Assembly: GCA_002457215.1 (NCBI GenBank) | Contig: NTJZ01000011.1 | Span: 27,009 to 91,008, forward strand | DNA length: 64,000 nt | From: OM182 bacterium MED-G28 | Lineage (GTDB): Bacteria > Pseudomonadota > Gammaproteobacteria > Pseudomonadales > Pseudohongiellaceae | Reading direction: 5' to 3' | Shown: positions 30,535 through 41,264 of the stretch, one piece after another | How positions within the stretch are numbered: the stretch's first letter is position 1 | How the letters are laid out: each line of letters begins with the position of its first letter | The notes under the pieces: model-generated | Told to the model about the DNA's origin: nothing | The model's input: only the letters and a program-made list of their open reading frames with translations | Database searches by the model: none | Translations under genes and position numbers: made by a program

Positions 30535-31667
30535 TTTGAAGCAGATTGTGGTTCTATTATGCGAGCTTCGCCAAAGCCCAGAGTTACCGGTACATTAAAC
30601 GTCTGGCTGTTTCTGTATATCTGGACATTTACTGTATCGCCAGGTTTTTTGTTTCTAACTTCCATTAAGATATTTTGTGCATCCACGACCTGGGTATTCT
30701 CTACTTGAGTGATTACATCGCCAGGCCTTATTCCTGCTCTTTCGGCAGCGCCGCCATCGTCAACACTTTCAACTAACATTCCTCGAATATGGTTTACGCC
30801 AAAAAATAATTGGCTGGACTGTTCATTGAGTGCTTCACCGGTTAACACCCCTAAGTAACCGGAGTTCGCTTCAATCGCCTGTGCGACGAGTTCTTCCATT
30901 GATGTTAGGGCGATACTGGCAGGGGTTGCAAAACCAATTCCTTCAAAATTACCTGATTCAGAAAATATAGATGAGTTAATTCCAATTAACTTGCCTTCAG
31001 AATTGATAAGCGCTCCGCCTGAATTGCCAGGATTAATCGCTGCGTCGGTTTGAATAATTGAGACAGTGGTATCAGGGTTATTGGTTAAGGCGCTAATAAT
31101 ACCTTGAGACACTGATTGACCTATGTTTCTAGGATAGCCAATTGCAAAAACTACGTCGCCGACTTTTAAATTCTGCATATTAGAAATTTCGATAGGCGTC
31201 AGGTCATTCATATTGATATGTAGGACTGCTAAGTCATTTAATTTGTCCCAAGCGACAACCGTCGCCGGAACCCTACGCCCATCATTTAGAGTTACTTCGG
31301 TATCAAATAGGTCAAATAAATTATCTACCACATGCAGATTAGTAAGAATAAATCCATTCGAGCTTACAATTACGCCGGAGCCCAGGCTGTTTTGCTCTTC
31401 GAGATGAAAATTTAGCTGATCATCTGCGGCTCTTTCAATGGATTCCACATCAAAACGGGTGGCGGTAATACCTACAACTGAGGGTGCAGCCTTACTGATT
31501 GCGACAGCAAAAGAAGTATTGGCTTGGGTGAGTGGAGCAATACTGGATTGCTCCAGTTGATGGCCAAGTTGTTCCAACTGAGAGTACTGCAAAATCACAA
31601 TGGCAATTAGAACACCACATATTACAGGCCAACTTATAAACTGAATGATTTTTACAGTTCGATTCAT
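30531..31667 (-). CDS. Membrane-anchored S1C serine protease with one PDZ domain (DegS/AlgW-like)
   Basis: N-terminal TM helix, catalytic TDAAINPGNSGGAL, and a single C-terminal PDZ domain (GIRPGDVITQV). Confidence 0.85.
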   Translation of the reverse strand: MNRTVKIIQFISWPVICGVLIAIVILQYSQLEQLGHQLEQSSIAPLTQANTSFAVAISKAAPSVVGITATRFDVESIERAADDQLNFHLEEQNSLGSGVIVSSNGFILTNLHVVDNLFDLFDTEVTLNDGRRVPATVVAWDKLNDLAVLHINMNDLTPIEISNMQNLKVGDVVFAIGYPRNIGQSVSQGIISALTNNPDTTVSIIQTDAAINPGNSGGALINSEGKLIGINSSIFSESGNFEGIGFATPASIALTSMEELVAQAIEANSGYLGVLTGEALNEQSSQLFFGVNHIRGMLVESVDDGGAAERAGIRPGDVITQVENTQVVDAQNILMEVRNKKPGDTVNVQIYRNSQTFNVPVTLGFGEARIIEPQSASN

Positions 31668-31748
31668 GGTCTAGTCCGGGCCAGCATATTTTGCCATGTG
31701 TTACTATTATTCTCTCGAACAATATACAGCGACTAGAGGTCATTTCCA

Positions 31749-32510
31749 ATGCCCGTAAGCCTTAATGAACTAACCGCGGAACTTAATAATCTATTAAAAC
31801 CAGAACAATTCAATGATTATTGCCCCAATGGCTTGCAGGTGGAAGGACGCAAAGAAGTAACGAAAATTGTCAGTGGAGTTACCGCATGCAGAGCCTTGAT
31901 AAAGGCCGCAGTAGCTGCGAAAGCTGATTTCATATTAGTGCATCATGGCTATTTTTGGAAAGGAGAAAATCAATGCATAACCGGTTTAAAAAAATCTCGG
32001 ATTCAAATGTTGCTGCAGAATAATCTTAGTTTAAGTGCTTATCATCTCCCGCTTGATGCCCACGCGGAGCTGGGAAACAATGCTCAACTCGCAAAAATAT
32101 TGGAATTAAACGTTGGATCACCATTGGATGCTGAGCAAAGGAACCCTATTGTTTTTTGCGGTCGGCTAAACCAGCCAATGTCTTTCGATAGTTTCTCCCA
32201 GCATATAAACAAAAAGTTAAAACGCGTGCCTCTGAGTATTAGGGGGGCAAGTGAGAAAATAGAAAAAATTGCTTGGTGTACTGGTGCAGCGCAAAATTTT
32301 ATTGAATTGGCAGTAGGTGTGGGAGTTGATGCTTATCTTACCGGAGAAGTATCGGAACAGACGGTGCATATAGCACGAGAAGCAGGTCTACATTTCTTTT
32401 CAGCTGGACATCATGCTACGGAAAGATATGGAGTGCAGGCTGTGGGTAATTATCTATCAGAAAAATTTTCCATCCAGCATGAGTTTATCGATATCGAAAA
32501 TCCAGTTTGA
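31749..32510 (+). CDS. Nif3-like dinuclear metal-centre protein (YbgI family)
   Basis: 253 aa with DYCPNGLQVEG, ILVHHGYFWKG and AYHLPLDAH motifs. Confidence 0.85.
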   Translation: MPVSLNELTAELNNLLKPEQFNDYCPNGLQVEGRKEVTKIVSGVTACRALIKAAVAAKADFILVHHGYFWKGENQCITGLKKSRIQMLLQNNLSLSAYHLPLDAHAELGNNAQLAKILELNVGSPLDAEQRNPIVFCGRLNQPMSFDSFSQHINKKLKRVPLSIRGASEKIEKIAWCTGAAQNFIELAVGVGVDAYLTGEVSEQTVHIAREAGLHFFSAGHHATERYGVQAVGNYLSEKFSIQHEFIDIENPV

Positions 32511-32589
32511 ATTCAATTGCCACGATAAATATACAAGTGGAAAATGTCCAAGTAGATAGATTTTAAAATACCGGATAGGGTTGGGAGTT

Positions 32590-34491
32590 CTATATGATCT
32601 CTTCTTCTTGCATTAACTTAAGTACTTGGTCCAAGCATTCCTCAATTGATAAAGCCTCTGTGTCTAATTCTAAGTGAGTTTTTTCTGGTGGAACGTAAGG
32701 AAAAGATAGGCCGGGTATATCTGCAGAATCAGAACCTTCCGCGGCAGCGTAAAGCCCAGATGGATCTCGCTGTATACATACGTCTATCGGTGCATTGCAA
32801 TAAACAAGATAACAATTATCTTTGCCGATCACGCTTATTGCATGCTCTCGCGAATCTGTATTTGGTGCTACAAATGCCGCGCAACAAATTACCCCGGAAT
32901 CATTTAAGAATCTGGCAATATGTGTACTTCGTCTTAAGTTTTCTGCCCTACCTTCTGCATCATGCGGTAAGTCCTTACTGATGCCTAACCGCATAGTTTT
33001 TCCATCGAGTACCGTGCTTACTCGCCCGTGATCAAATAGTCTGCGCTCTAATCCGTGGGCTAAAGTTGATTTTCCGGAACCAGATACACCAATAAACATT
33101 ATTGTTGCAGGTTTCTGTCCATACCGAGATGCTCTTTCTGCTTTTGATACGTGGACATTGTTAGCTTCAGTTTTAGGTATTTTCTGCTGTTGCTCGCAGT
33201 CGATCATTCCGGCGCCGACGCTTGCATTAGTGAGTCGATCTACAATGATAAAACTTCCAGTAGCTCGATTAGCTATGTAAGCGTCAAAACAGACAGATTT
33301 ATCTAAGGAAACTTCAACCAAACCGATCTCATTGAGCTCCAGTGTGGGCGTTGGATGTTTTTTTAGAGTATTCACATCAATTTTATTGCGGATTGTCTTG
33401 ATCTGTGCAGTAACTGTGGACGAGCTTATTTTTAAATCATAGTTTTTGCCCGGTAATAAGGGGCTCTCAGTCATCCACACAACATTAGCTTCGAAGTGAT
33501 TGCGACTAGTCGGTAAATTACTGGAGTGAGTGATTACATCGCCGCGGCTAACATCTACCTCGTCTTCAAGTGTTAAGGTAATTGCCATCTCAGCATGAGC
33601 TAGCTCAATTTCCTCATCGAAAGTTACGATCGATTTAACTCGGCTTGTTTTTTCTGAAGGGAGTATTGTAATCTCATCGCCTTTTCTTACCACGCCAGAT
33701 GCTACGGTGCCACAAAACCCCCGGAAATTTAGGTTAGGTCGATTTACATATTGAACTGGGAATCGGAAATCCGAATAATTCCGGTCAGCGGAAATTTCTG
33801 CAGTTTCCAGCATACGCATTAAAGGGCCGTTCTTATACCAGTGCATATTCTCGCTGACATTAACAACATTGTCCCCACTTAGCGCTGAAATAGGAATAAA
33901 GCGAAAATCTGCTCGCACAAGCTTTTGCGAAAAATCGAGATAGTCCGCTTTAATTTCCTCAAAGACTGATTGTTTATAATCAACAAGGTCCATTTTGTTG
34001 ATTGCCACAATGATGTGTTTGATCCCTAACAACGAAGCGATAAAGCTATGACGCTTGGTCTGAGTCTGAACTCCGTGCCGAGCATCTATTAATATTATTG
34101 CCAGGTCACAAGTTGACGCACCAGTCGCCATATTTCTCGTATATTGTTCGTGGCCGGGGGTGTCAGCAATTATGAATTTGCGTTTAGAGGTTGAAAAATA
34201 GCGATAGGCAACATCGATTGTAATACCCTGTTCTCTCTCGGCTTGTAATCCATCTACCAGTAACGCGAGATCGACTTTCCCACCTGTTGTACCAGACTTA
34301 ATACTATCTGCTTCTATCGCGGCTAACTGATCTTCGTATATCATTTTTGAATCATGCAAAAGTCGGCCAATCAGTGTACTTTTGCCGTCATCCACACTGC
34401 CACAAGTGAGAAGACGCAGCAGCTCCTTGCGCTCATGCTGAGCGAGATAGGCATTGATATCGGTACTGATTAATTTCGATTGATGAGACAT
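32590..34491 (-). CDS. cysNC: Bifunctional sulfate adenylyltransferase subunit 1 / adenylylsulfate kinase (CysN-CysC fusion)
   Basis: 633 aa. The N-terminal GTPase has [14 protein letters not shown] and NKMD. The C-terminal APS kinase has the P-loop GVSGSGKST. Confidence 0.95.
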   Translation of the reverse strand: MSHQSKLISTDINAYLAQHERKELLRLLTCGSVDDGKSTLIGRLLHDSKMIYEDQLAAIEADSIKSGTTGGKVDLALLVDGLQAEREQGITIDVAYRYFSTSKRKFIIADTPGHEQYTRNMATGASTCDLAIILIDARHGVQTQTKRHSFIASLLGIKHIIVAINKMDLVDYKQSVFEEIKADYLDFSQKLVRADFRFIPISALSGDNVVNVSENMHWYKNGPLMRMLETAEISADRNYSDFRFPVQYVNRPNLNFRGFCGTVASGVVRKGDEITILPSEKTSRVKSIVTFDEEIELAHAEMAITLTLEDEVDVSRGDVITHSSNLPTSRNHFEANVVWMTESPLLPGKNYDLKISSSTVTAQIKTIRNKIDVNTLKKHPTPTLELNEIGLVEVSLDKSVCFDAYIANRATGSFIIVDRLTNASVGAGMIDCEQQQKIPKTEANNVHVSKAERASRYGQKPATIMFIGVSGSGKSTLAHGLERRLFDHGRVSTVLDGKTMRLGISKDLPHDAEGRAENLRRSTHIARFLNDSGVICCAAFVAPNTDSREHAISVIGKDNCYLVYCNAPIDVCIQRDPSGLYAAAEGSDSADIPGLSFPYVPPEKTHLELDTEALSIEECLDQVLKLMQEEEII

Positions 34492-34497
34492 TTATTG

Positions 34498-35406
34498 TTA
34501 GAAGTATCCCTTTCGTTTCTTTTCTTCCATGGAGCCAGCTGAATCAGAATCAATAAGCCTACCCTGCCTCTCGCTACTTGTGGCAAGTAACATTTCTTGG
34601 ATAATCTCAGGTAAGGTGGTGGCGGTTGATTCAATAGCGCCAGTTAATGGATAGCATCCAAGCGTACGAAATCTAACCGTCTTAGTTTCGATTTTTTGAT
34701 CTTCTCCGATAGGCATACGATCATCGTCAACAAGAATATCCACCCCGTCTATATTTACAACGGGCCGAGGTTTCGCGAAATAGAGAGGCACGATATCAAT
34801 ATTATTTAAATATATGTATTGCCAAATATCTAGTTCCGTCCAGTTCGATAGGGGAAAAACGCGGATGCTTTCACCCTTGTTAACCTTGCCATTATAGATA
34901 TTCCAGAGCTCTGGCCGTTGATTCTTCGGGTCCCAACCATGGTTTTTGTCTCTGAAGGAAAAGACTCTTTCCTTGGCTCGAGATTTTTCCTCGTCTCTCC
35001 GAGCGCCACCGAATGCTGCATCGAATTTATGTTTGTTCAATGCCTGCTTTAAGGCTTGAGTCTTCATGATGTCAGTGTGTTTTTCGCTACCATGAGTAAA
35101 CGGTCCAATACCAGCTTTTACACCTTCTTGATTGATATGTACGATCATATCCAAGTTTAGCTTTTTAACTTGTTGTTCTCGAAACTCAATCATTTCTCGA
35201 AATTTCCAAGTTGTATCGATATGCATCAATGAAAATGGAGGTTTGCCTGGATAAAATGCTTTTAGCGCCAGTTGCAACATTACAGCTGAGTCTTTTCCGA
35301 TTGAATAAAGCATTACTGGCTTATCGAACTCTGCCGCCACCTCACGAATAATATAAATACTTTCCGCTTCTAATTGCTTAAGATGAGTGAGGTTGTATTC
35401 GGCCAT
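34498..35406 (-). CDS. cysD: Sulfate adenylyltransferase subunit 2
   Basis: 302 aa with the PAPS-reductase-like fold motif YSIGKDS. Directly upstream of cysNC. Confidence 0.95.
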   Translation of the reverse strand: MAEYNLTHLKQLEAESIYIIREVAAEFDKPVMLYSIGKDSAVMLQLALKAFYPGKPPFSLMHIDTTWKFREMIEFREQQVKKLNLDMIVHINQEGVKAGIGPFTHGSEKHTDIMKTQALKQALNKHKFDAAFGGARRDEEKSRAKERVFSFRDKNHGWDPKNQRPELWNIYNGKVNKGESIRVFPLSNWTELDIWQYIYLNNIDIVPLYFAKPRPVVNIDGVDILVDDDRMPIGEDQKIETKTVRFRTLGCYPLTGAIESTATTLPEIIQEMLLATSSERQGRLIDSDSAGSMEEKKRKGYF

Positions 35407-35478
35407 AATATATTGAAAGGTCTGTTTCAGGTCCTCAAAAGGGGATTTTAGTTTGAGATTTTATAGTGCGCCCGCTTT

Positions 35479-35949
35479 TTATTTTGCAGGCTGGATTGGG
35501 ACGTCTTCTTCTGCTATCAATTTTGCTTTATCAATACCAAAGTCTTCAGATAGAGCTCCAACTTGGTCGGGAGATGCCTTAACGGCATAATCCTTCGGAG
35601 GAATTAGCCCGGTTGGTTCTGTTCCCTGAGCCGTGGCATCAAAAACAGCATCGGGTTCAGTAGGGAGTAATTTATTGGCCACTTCTGTATTACAAAGGTC
35701 CTGAGCTCCACTCGCTATATGTTGGTAAACCTCTTTGTAGGTCTCAGTCATGTGCTGAACCAATTCGGCGGTCATGCTGAAATGGTCGCTTACGCTATGC
35801 CGATATTCGTTGTTGGATTCTTTGAGGGCGCGGATTTGGTTTTCTAACTCCTGCACTCGAGACGGACTAGTATTTAGCCGACTCGCAAAAACGACTCCAG
35901 CTACTATTCCAATTGCCAAGCAACCCATTGCAATTATCCAAATCGACAT
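35479..35949 (-). CDS. yhcB: Inner-membrane protein YhcB/ZapG (DUF1043)
   Basis: 156 aa with an N-terminal TM helix. Coiled coil with ...DHFSMTAELVQHMTETYKEVYQHIASGAQDL, similar to E. coli YhcB. Divergent from zapE, as in enterics. Confidence 0.8.
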   Translation of the reverse strand: MSIWIIAMGCLAIGIVAGVVFASRLNTSPSRVQELENQIRALKESNNEYRHSVSDHFSMTAELVQHMTETYKEVYQHIASGAQDLCNTEVANKLLPTEPDAVFDATAQGTEPTGLIPPKDYAVKASPDQVGALSEDFGIDKAKLIAEEDVPIQPAK

Positions 35950-36166
35950 TTACTACCCATGTATCTAAGGTGGAATTAGCTCCCATGGTTCAAGAGCGAG
36001 AGCATAAGTATACCTTAAATCAATAAATCTCTGTAAACACTTTAGCTTGAGACTGTTTGGAAGACACTGTTTTTTTTCAAGAAGCTGGTTTCTGAATCCA
36101 AAGCCCCCTAGAATCCCGGTGCATTCAATAATTTTTTCTGCATGGCATTTTTAACTTCTCAGAGTA

Positions 36167-37276
36167 ATGACTCCTTCCGAAAAATATCAAGCAGATTTGA
36201 AAGACGAAGTCATAATTTTTGACGCGGATCAACACCACGTAATTCGATCTTTTAATAAATTATATGAATCGCTTCAATTAGGAAGGGTAGAGTCACAATC
36301 CTTTTGGAAAAGAGTCAAGGGTTTGGCGCTCGGCAGCAATGAAAACCCCGTTAAATCAAGGGGAATCTACTTATGGGGCGGGGTTGGCCGCGGTAAAACT
36401 TACTTAATGGATCTTTTTTGCGATTGCTTGCCGCCAGCGTTGAAGAAAAGAACTCACTTTCATCGATTTATGCAGTCGATGCATGCAGATCTCAAAAGAT
36501 TGCAGGGCTCAAGAAACCCTTTAGAAATTATTGCTTCAGATATAGCAAAAACTACAAAAGTTCTTTGTTTTGATGAATTTTTCGTACTTGATATAGGCGA
36601 TGCGATGATTCTTGCTGGGTTGCTAGATGCTTTATTTGAGCGTGAAGTCCTCTTGATAGCGACATCCAATATTCATCCGGATAGGCTTTACGAAAACGGG
36701 TTACAAAGAGAACGGTTTCTTTCGGCGATAGAACTGATTAAATCTAATACTAATATTATCGAACTAAACGGCGCAGTGGACTATCGGCTGCGGAGCTTAA
36801 GTCAGGCGACGCTTTACCACTCTCCAGTTAATGCCACTACTGAAGCGGCATTGTTAAAAAGCTTTTACGAATTAGTTCCGAACCGCTCCGAGATTACAGT
36901 CAATGAACCTCTCAACATATTGGGTAGAGAGATTGGTACACGCTACTGCGCTGAAGATGTTGTCTGGTTTGATTTCTTTGCTATTTGCGAGGGCCCCCGC
37001 AGTGCATTTGATTATGTAGAAATTGCGAAAATGTTTCATGCGTTAATTATTAGTGGTGTACCACAGTTTGATGAGTCTCAGGACGAAAAAGCACGGCGGT
37101 TTGTTAATTTAGTCGATGAGCTCTACGACAGAAGGGTAAAACTTATCGTTTCTGCGAAAACTCAAATTCCAAATCTATACCAGGGCCAGCGCCTTACTTT
37201 CGAATTTAAGCGAACGTCATCTAGGTTGCTAGAGATGCAATCTCACGATTATTTGAGCTCCGAGCACCTGGCTTGA
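36167..37276 (+). CDS. zapE: Cell division ATPase ZapE (AFG1-like)
   Basis: 369 aa with Walker A GGVGRGKT and Walker B LCFDEF. Upstream of rplM-rpsI. Confidence 0.9.
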   Translation: MTPSEKYQADLKDEVIIFDADQHHVIRSFNKLYESLQLGRVESQSFWKRVKGLALGSNENPVKSRGIYLWGGVGRGKTYLMDLFCDCLPPALKKRTHFHRFMQSMHADLKRLQGSRNPLEIIASDIAKTTKVLCFDEFFVLDIGDAMILAGLLDALFEREVLLIATSNIHPDRLYENGLQRERFLSAIELIKSNTNIIELNGAVDYRLRSLSQATLYHSPVNATTEAALLKSFYELVPNRSEITVNEPLNILGREIGTRYCAEDVVWFDFFAICEGPRSAFDYVEIAKMFHALIISGVPQFDESQDEKARRFVNLVDELYDRRVKLIVSAKTQIPNLYQGQRLTFEFKRTSSRLLEMQSHDYLSSEHLA

Positions 37277-37311
37277 AGGAAATTGTTTAAATCAAGATTC
37301 GATAATTTCCT
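37277..37311 (+). other. Perfect 8-bp inverted repeat immediately after the zapE stop
   Basis: AGGAAATT(37277-37284)/AATTTCCT(37304-37311) with a 19-nt loop and no U-tract. AATTTCCT recurs at 37363-37370. Confidence 0.3.
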
Positions 37312-37432
37312 AATAATGCTAAATTCGCTGGAAGCACCGATAAAGCTGGTTTTGAAGCCTAAATTTCCTTGAATATTCAGTGTCGCTCCGTTAGTATTCG
37401 CGCTCCTTAAACTAATGCCAACTTTGAGAGTA

Positions 37433-37861
37433 ATGAAGACATACAGTGCCAAACCCCGCGAGGTGGATCAAAACTGGCTGCTTGTTGATGCAGATGGGCA
37501 GACTCTAGGTCGCATGGCAACTGCTATAGCGACCCGGTTACGAGGAAAGCATAAAGCAGAATATACATCTCATGTGGACACAGGGGATTTCGTTGTGGTC
37601 ATCAATGCAGAGAAGGTTAAAGTGACCGGAAATAAAGCTTCAGACAAGATGTATCATTCTCATTCTGGATATCCGGGTGGCTTAAAGTCCATTTCTTTTG
37701 AGAAGTTAATCGATCGAACTCCCGAGAGAGTTATTCAACTGGCCGTAAAGGGCATGTTGCCCCGAACACCATTAGGCCGAGCGATGTTTAAGAAACTCAA
37801 AGTTTATGCGGGTTCCGAGCATCCGCATAGCGCTCAACAACCAAAATCAGTTCAATTGTAG
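37433..37861 (+). CDS. rplM: 50S ribosomal protein L13
   Basis: [30 protein letters not shown]... is collinear with E. coli L13 (MKTFTAKPETVKRDW...). The track ORF starts 18 nt upstream. Confidence 0.97.
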   Translation: MKTYSAKPREVDQNWLLVDADGQTLGRMATAIATRLRGKHKAEYTSHVDTGDFVVVINAEKVKVTGNKASDKMYHSHSGYPGGLKSISFEKLIDRTPERVIQLAVKGMLPRTPLGRAMFKKLKVYAGSEHPHSAQQPKSVQL

Positions 37862-37874
37862 GCGGTAGTATTTA

Positions 37875-38267
37875 ATGGCAACTACGCAATATTACGGTAC
37901 CGGTCGGCGGAAGACTTCAACTGCCCGCGTTTATCTAACCAGTGGGAAGGGCAGCATAACTATTAACCGCCGCTCGCTAGATGGTTATTTTGGACGAGAG
38001 GTAGCACGTATGATTGTCCGGCAGCCATTAGAGCTAGTCGAAATGGTTGGAAAATTTGATATCAACGTCAGTGTTCGTGGCGGAGGCAGCTTTGGGCAAG
38101 CTGGGGCCATAAGGCACGGTATTACCCGAGCACTAATGGATTATGATAGCGAGCTAAAACCGACCTTACGCAAAGCTGGCTTCGTGACTCGTGATGCACG
38201 GGAAGTTGAGCGGAAGAAAGTTGGCTTACGCAAGGCGCGTAAGAAGCCACAGTTTTCCAAGCGTTAA
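37875..38267 (+). CDS. rpsI: 30S ribosomal protein S9
   Basis: 130 aa: [16 protein letters not shown]...[19 protein letters not shown]...RKKPQFSKR. Confidence 0.97.
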   Translation: MATTQYYGTGRRKTSTARVYLTSGKGSITINRRSLDGYFGREVARMIVRQPLELVEMVGKFDINVSVRGGGSFGQAGAIRHGITRALMDYDSELKPTLRKAGFVTRDAREVERKKVGLRKARKKPQFSKR

Positions 38268-38289
38268 ATTGCTAAAGAATTCATAAGGG

Positions 38290-38325
38290 AACGCTGATTC
38301 CGAGTGTAGAATTGGCGTTTTTTTT
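38290..38325 (+). terminator. Rho-independent terminator after rpsI
   Basis: 11-bp stem AACGCTGATTC/GAATTGGCGTT (two G-U pairs) with an 8-nt loop, followed by a T-run. Confidence 0.7.
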
Positions 38326-38392
38326 GACTTGAAAAATAAATAATTTTCTATTTATATCAGTAAGATATGGGATTTTTGGAGTATGCTCTGAC

Positions 38393-38421
38393 TTGAAAAA
38401 AACTGTATTTTTTACTAAAAT
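38393..38421 (+). promoter_or_regulatory. Candidate sigma70 promoter for the pet operon
   Basis: TTGAAA(38393-38398), a 17-nt spacer, then TAAAAT(38416-38421). Confidence 0.45.
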
Positions 38422-38541
38422 TCAATATTGCAGCTTCAATAACAGGGATGCGTTCCCCGTCACGACGATAGAAGGACTGATTCCTGCCCTTATTGTGACA
38501 TATCAATTGCATTTAAGTATGTTCTCAAGGAGAAAATTACG

Positions 38542-39144
38542 GTGACTGACGACAGTGCTAAAACTGGCCGTAGGCGATTTCTTGTGGGTTCAACGTCGGT
38601 AGTTGGTGCTGCCGGGGTAGCAGGAGCAGCGGTTCCTTTTGTAGGATCCTGGAATCCAAGTGCTAAAGCTCGGGCAGCAGGTGCTCCAATTCGCATTGAT
38701 GTTAGCCGACTCCAATCAGGTGAAATGTTAGGCCCTATTCCTGCTTGGCGAGGAAGACCTATATTTGTTATTAATCGCAGTGATGAGGCATTAAGCGCTC
38801 TAAATGAAGACCCAGATAGGCTTACAGATCCGGATTCAGAAGACCCAGAACAACCAGATTATGCGCGGAATGAATATCGATCAAGAAGACCGGATTTAAT
38901 GGTATTGGTTGGTCTATGCCCGCATCTTTTTTGCTCACCAACACCATATATTACACTTCGACCAGAACCGTTTGACACAGAATGGAGAGGCGGATTTTTT
39001 TGTCCATGCCATGGCTCTCGTTTTGATCTGGCAGGTCGAGTTTATAGTGGATCTCCTGCGTCACGTAATATGCAAGTACCACCTCATTCATTCGAAAGTG
39101 ATGATGTTTTAATAATCGGAATTGATGGGGAGAGCGCAGCATGA
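38542..39144 (+). CDS. petA: Ubiquinol-cytochrome c reductase Rieske iron-sulfur subunit
   Basis: Tat-type signal (GRRRFLVGS) and Rieske boxes CPHLFC and CPCHGSRF. GTG start with an AAGGAG SD. Confidence 0.95.
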   Translation: MTDDSAKTGRRRFLVGSTSVVGAAGVAGAAVPFVGSWNPSAKARAAGAPIRIDVSRLQSGEMLGPIPAWRGRPIFVINRSDEALSALNEDPDRLTDPDSEDPEQPDYARNEYRSRRPDLMVLVGLCPHLFCSPTPYITLRPEPFDTEWRGGFFCPCHGSRFDLAGRVYSGSPASRNMQVPPHSFESDDVLIIGIDGESAA

Positions 39145-41207
39145 ATGATGTCTCCAGTAGTAAAAATACAGCTCAAGAAACACAACAAATAGGACGCTTA
39201 ATGTCCGCATTAATCGGCTTGCGAGATTGGACCGATGCCAGATTGCCCATTTTGGCAGCCTGGAAGAAGCACATGAGCGAATACTATGCTCCCAAAAACT
39301 TCAATATTTGGTACTACTTTGGCGTTCTTTCTTTACTGGTTTTAGTAATCCAGCTTCTGACTGGTATTTGGCTTACCATGAATTACACGCCTAGCGCCGA
39401 TGCCGCATTTGCCTCGATCGAATACATCATGCGCGACGTGGATTACGGGTGGTTGTTGCGTTATTTGCATTCCACCGGTGCTTCCGCCTTTTTCTTTGTC
39501 GTGTATCTCCACATGTTTCGCGGACTCATGTATGGCTCTTACAAGAAGCCGCGAGAATTACTCTGGGTATTAGGAATGGCTATCTACCTGGTATTAATGG
39601 CTGAAGGGTTTATGGGCTATATCTTGCCCTGGGGTCAGCTCTCCTACTGGGGTGCAAATGTAATTGTTTCCCTATTTGGTTCGATTCCGATTATAGGAGA
39701 GGATTTGTTGGTATGGATTCGCGGCGACTATTTAATTTCTGGTGCCACGTTAAATCGGTTCTTTGCACTGCATGTGGTGGCATTGCCAATCGTACTTATT
39801 GCTTTAGTAGTTTTGCACATTTTGGCATTGCATGAAGTGGGATCTAATAATCCTGACGGTGTCGAGATAAAAGAAAACAAAGGCCCTGATGGAATCCCAG
39901 TGGACAGTGTTCCATTTCATCCCTATTACACGCTTTATCATGATTTAGCAGGTGTAATTCTGTTTTTGTTCGCCTTCTGTGCAATTGTCTTTTTTGCGCC
40001 AGAAATGGGAGGTTATTTTCTAGAGATTCCTAATTTTCAGGAAGCAGATTCACTAAAAACACCTGAGCATGTTCCTCCAGTTTGGTATTACACACCGTTC
40101 TATTCAATGCTGCGTGCGATGACCCTGCCATTGTTCGGTATTGATTCCAACTTTTGGGGGATGTTGGTCATGTTTGGCGCCATTGCTATGCTATTTTTAT
40201 TGCCTTGGTTAGATAAGAGCCCAGTTAAATCGATGCGTTACAAAGGTTGGTATAGCCGCATTGCGTTGCTGATGTTTGTGGTTTCATTCATCATCCTAGG
40301 CTACTTGGGAACTCAAACGGTTAGCCCAGCAAAGACCTTGCTCGCTCAGATTATGACGCTGATTTACTTTGCCTATTTTTTTGCTATGCCTTGGTATACG
40401 CAAGCTGAGCAAACAGTTGAACCGCCAAAGCGTTTAACCGGGCGCTGGATAAGCATTCCCCAGCTAATCGGCAGCATATTACTAATAATCTTTCTCGTTG
40501 TGCTTCCGCTCATGTTGGTTTCAGGAAGTGCCGAAGCTGCTTCGGCGACTAGTCTTGATCTAGAGCATGTTGAAACAGATTTTGATGACAAAGGCTCTTT
40601 GCAACGCGGGTTTAAGTACTATATGAACTATTGCGTTAGCTGTCATGCATTGGGCTATGCTCGTTATGAAAGAACTGCTGATGATTTAGAGATTCCTCAT
40701 GACTTGGTCCTTGCTAATTTGGTTTTTGATGATTCGCTAATTGGAGACTTAATTGAAAATTCTATGTCTAAAGAATATGCCGAAGGCGCCTTTGGTGCAT
40801 CACCACCTGACCTCACGCTAGCGGGAAGAGTTCATAGCGCCGATTGGCTATATACCTATTTAAAGTCTTTTTATAACGATGGGGCTAGAACATTAGGTGC
40901 TAATAATAAACTTTATCCAAATGTCGGAATGCCTAATGTACTCCACGAATTGCAAGGTGATGTGACTTGTGATGATCATGGGACAGGCGACCCAGCTCAA
41001 TGTGAGCTTTATGTAGAAGGAAATGGATCAATGAGTGAAGCGGAATTTGATACAGCCGTTGCCGACATGGTTAATTTTCTTTATTACATCGGCGAGCCTA
41101 TTAGAGACCGCAGACAGCAAATTGGAATTTGGGTGCTGGCTTTTCTGGGAGTCCTTTATATTCTAGCCGCATTTATGGGTAGAGAATTTTCAAAAGATTA
41201 TCACTAA
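39141..41207 (+). CDS. petBC: Fused cytochrome b / cytochrome c1 (single 688-aa ORF)
   Basis: The N-terminal part of about 420 aa is cytochrome b (YLHSTGASAFFFVVYLHMFRGL, PEWY-like PPVWYYTPFY). An internal signal-like segment ending SGSAEA follows. The c1 part has the CVSCH haem motif and a C-terminal TM anchor. Confidence 0.9.
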   Translation: MNDVSSSKNTAQETQQIGRLMSALIGLRDWTDARLPILAAWKKHMSEYYAPKNFNIWYYFGVLSLLVLVIQLLTGIWLTMNYTPSADAAFASIEYIMRDVDYGWLLRYLHSTGASAFFFVVYLHMFRGLMYGSYKKPRELLWVLGMAIYLVLMAEGFMGYILPWGQLSYWGANVIVSLFGSIPIIGEDLLVWIRGDYLISGATLNRFFALHVVALPIVLIALVVLHILALHEVGSNNPDGVEIKENKGPDGIPVDSVPFHPYYTLYHDLAGVILFLFAFCAIVFFAPEMGGYFLEIPNFQEADSLKTPEHVPPVWYYTPFYSMLRAMTLPLFGIDSNFWGMLVMFGAIAMLFLLPWLDKSPVKSMRYKGWYSRIALLMFVVSFIILGYLGTQTVSPAKTLLAQIMTLIYFAYFFAMPWYTQAEQTVEPPKRLTGRWISIPQLIGSILLIIFLVVLPLMLVSGSAEAASATSLDLEHVETDFDDKGSLQRGFKYYMNYCVSCHALGYARYERTADDLEIPHDLVLANLVFDDSLIGDLIENSMSKEYAEGAFGASPPDLTLAGRVHSADWLYTYLKSFYNDGARTLGANNKLYPNVGMPNVLHELQGDVTCDDHGTGDPAQCELYVEGNGSMSEAEFDTAVADMVNFLYYIGEPIRDRRQQIGIWVLAFLGVLYILAAFMGREFSKDYH

Positions 41208-41232
41208 AAAAACACTAAAAAAACACTAAAAA
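41202..41232 (+). repeat. Short tandem repeat, 11-mer CACTAAAAAAA x about 2.8
   Basis: Copies at 41202-41212, 41213-41223 and 41224-41232. The first overlaps the petBC stop codon. Confidence 0.6.
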
Positions 41233-41264
41233 CAAAAACTATCATTAGGAATTGAGGAAATATT

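Noticed and set aside
41202-41232. Tandem CACTAAAAAAA repeats, considered as a possible CRISPR or regulatory array.
   Set aside because: There are only about 2.8 copies of an 11-mer with no spacers. It is an A-rich slippage-type repeat at the petBC 3' end.
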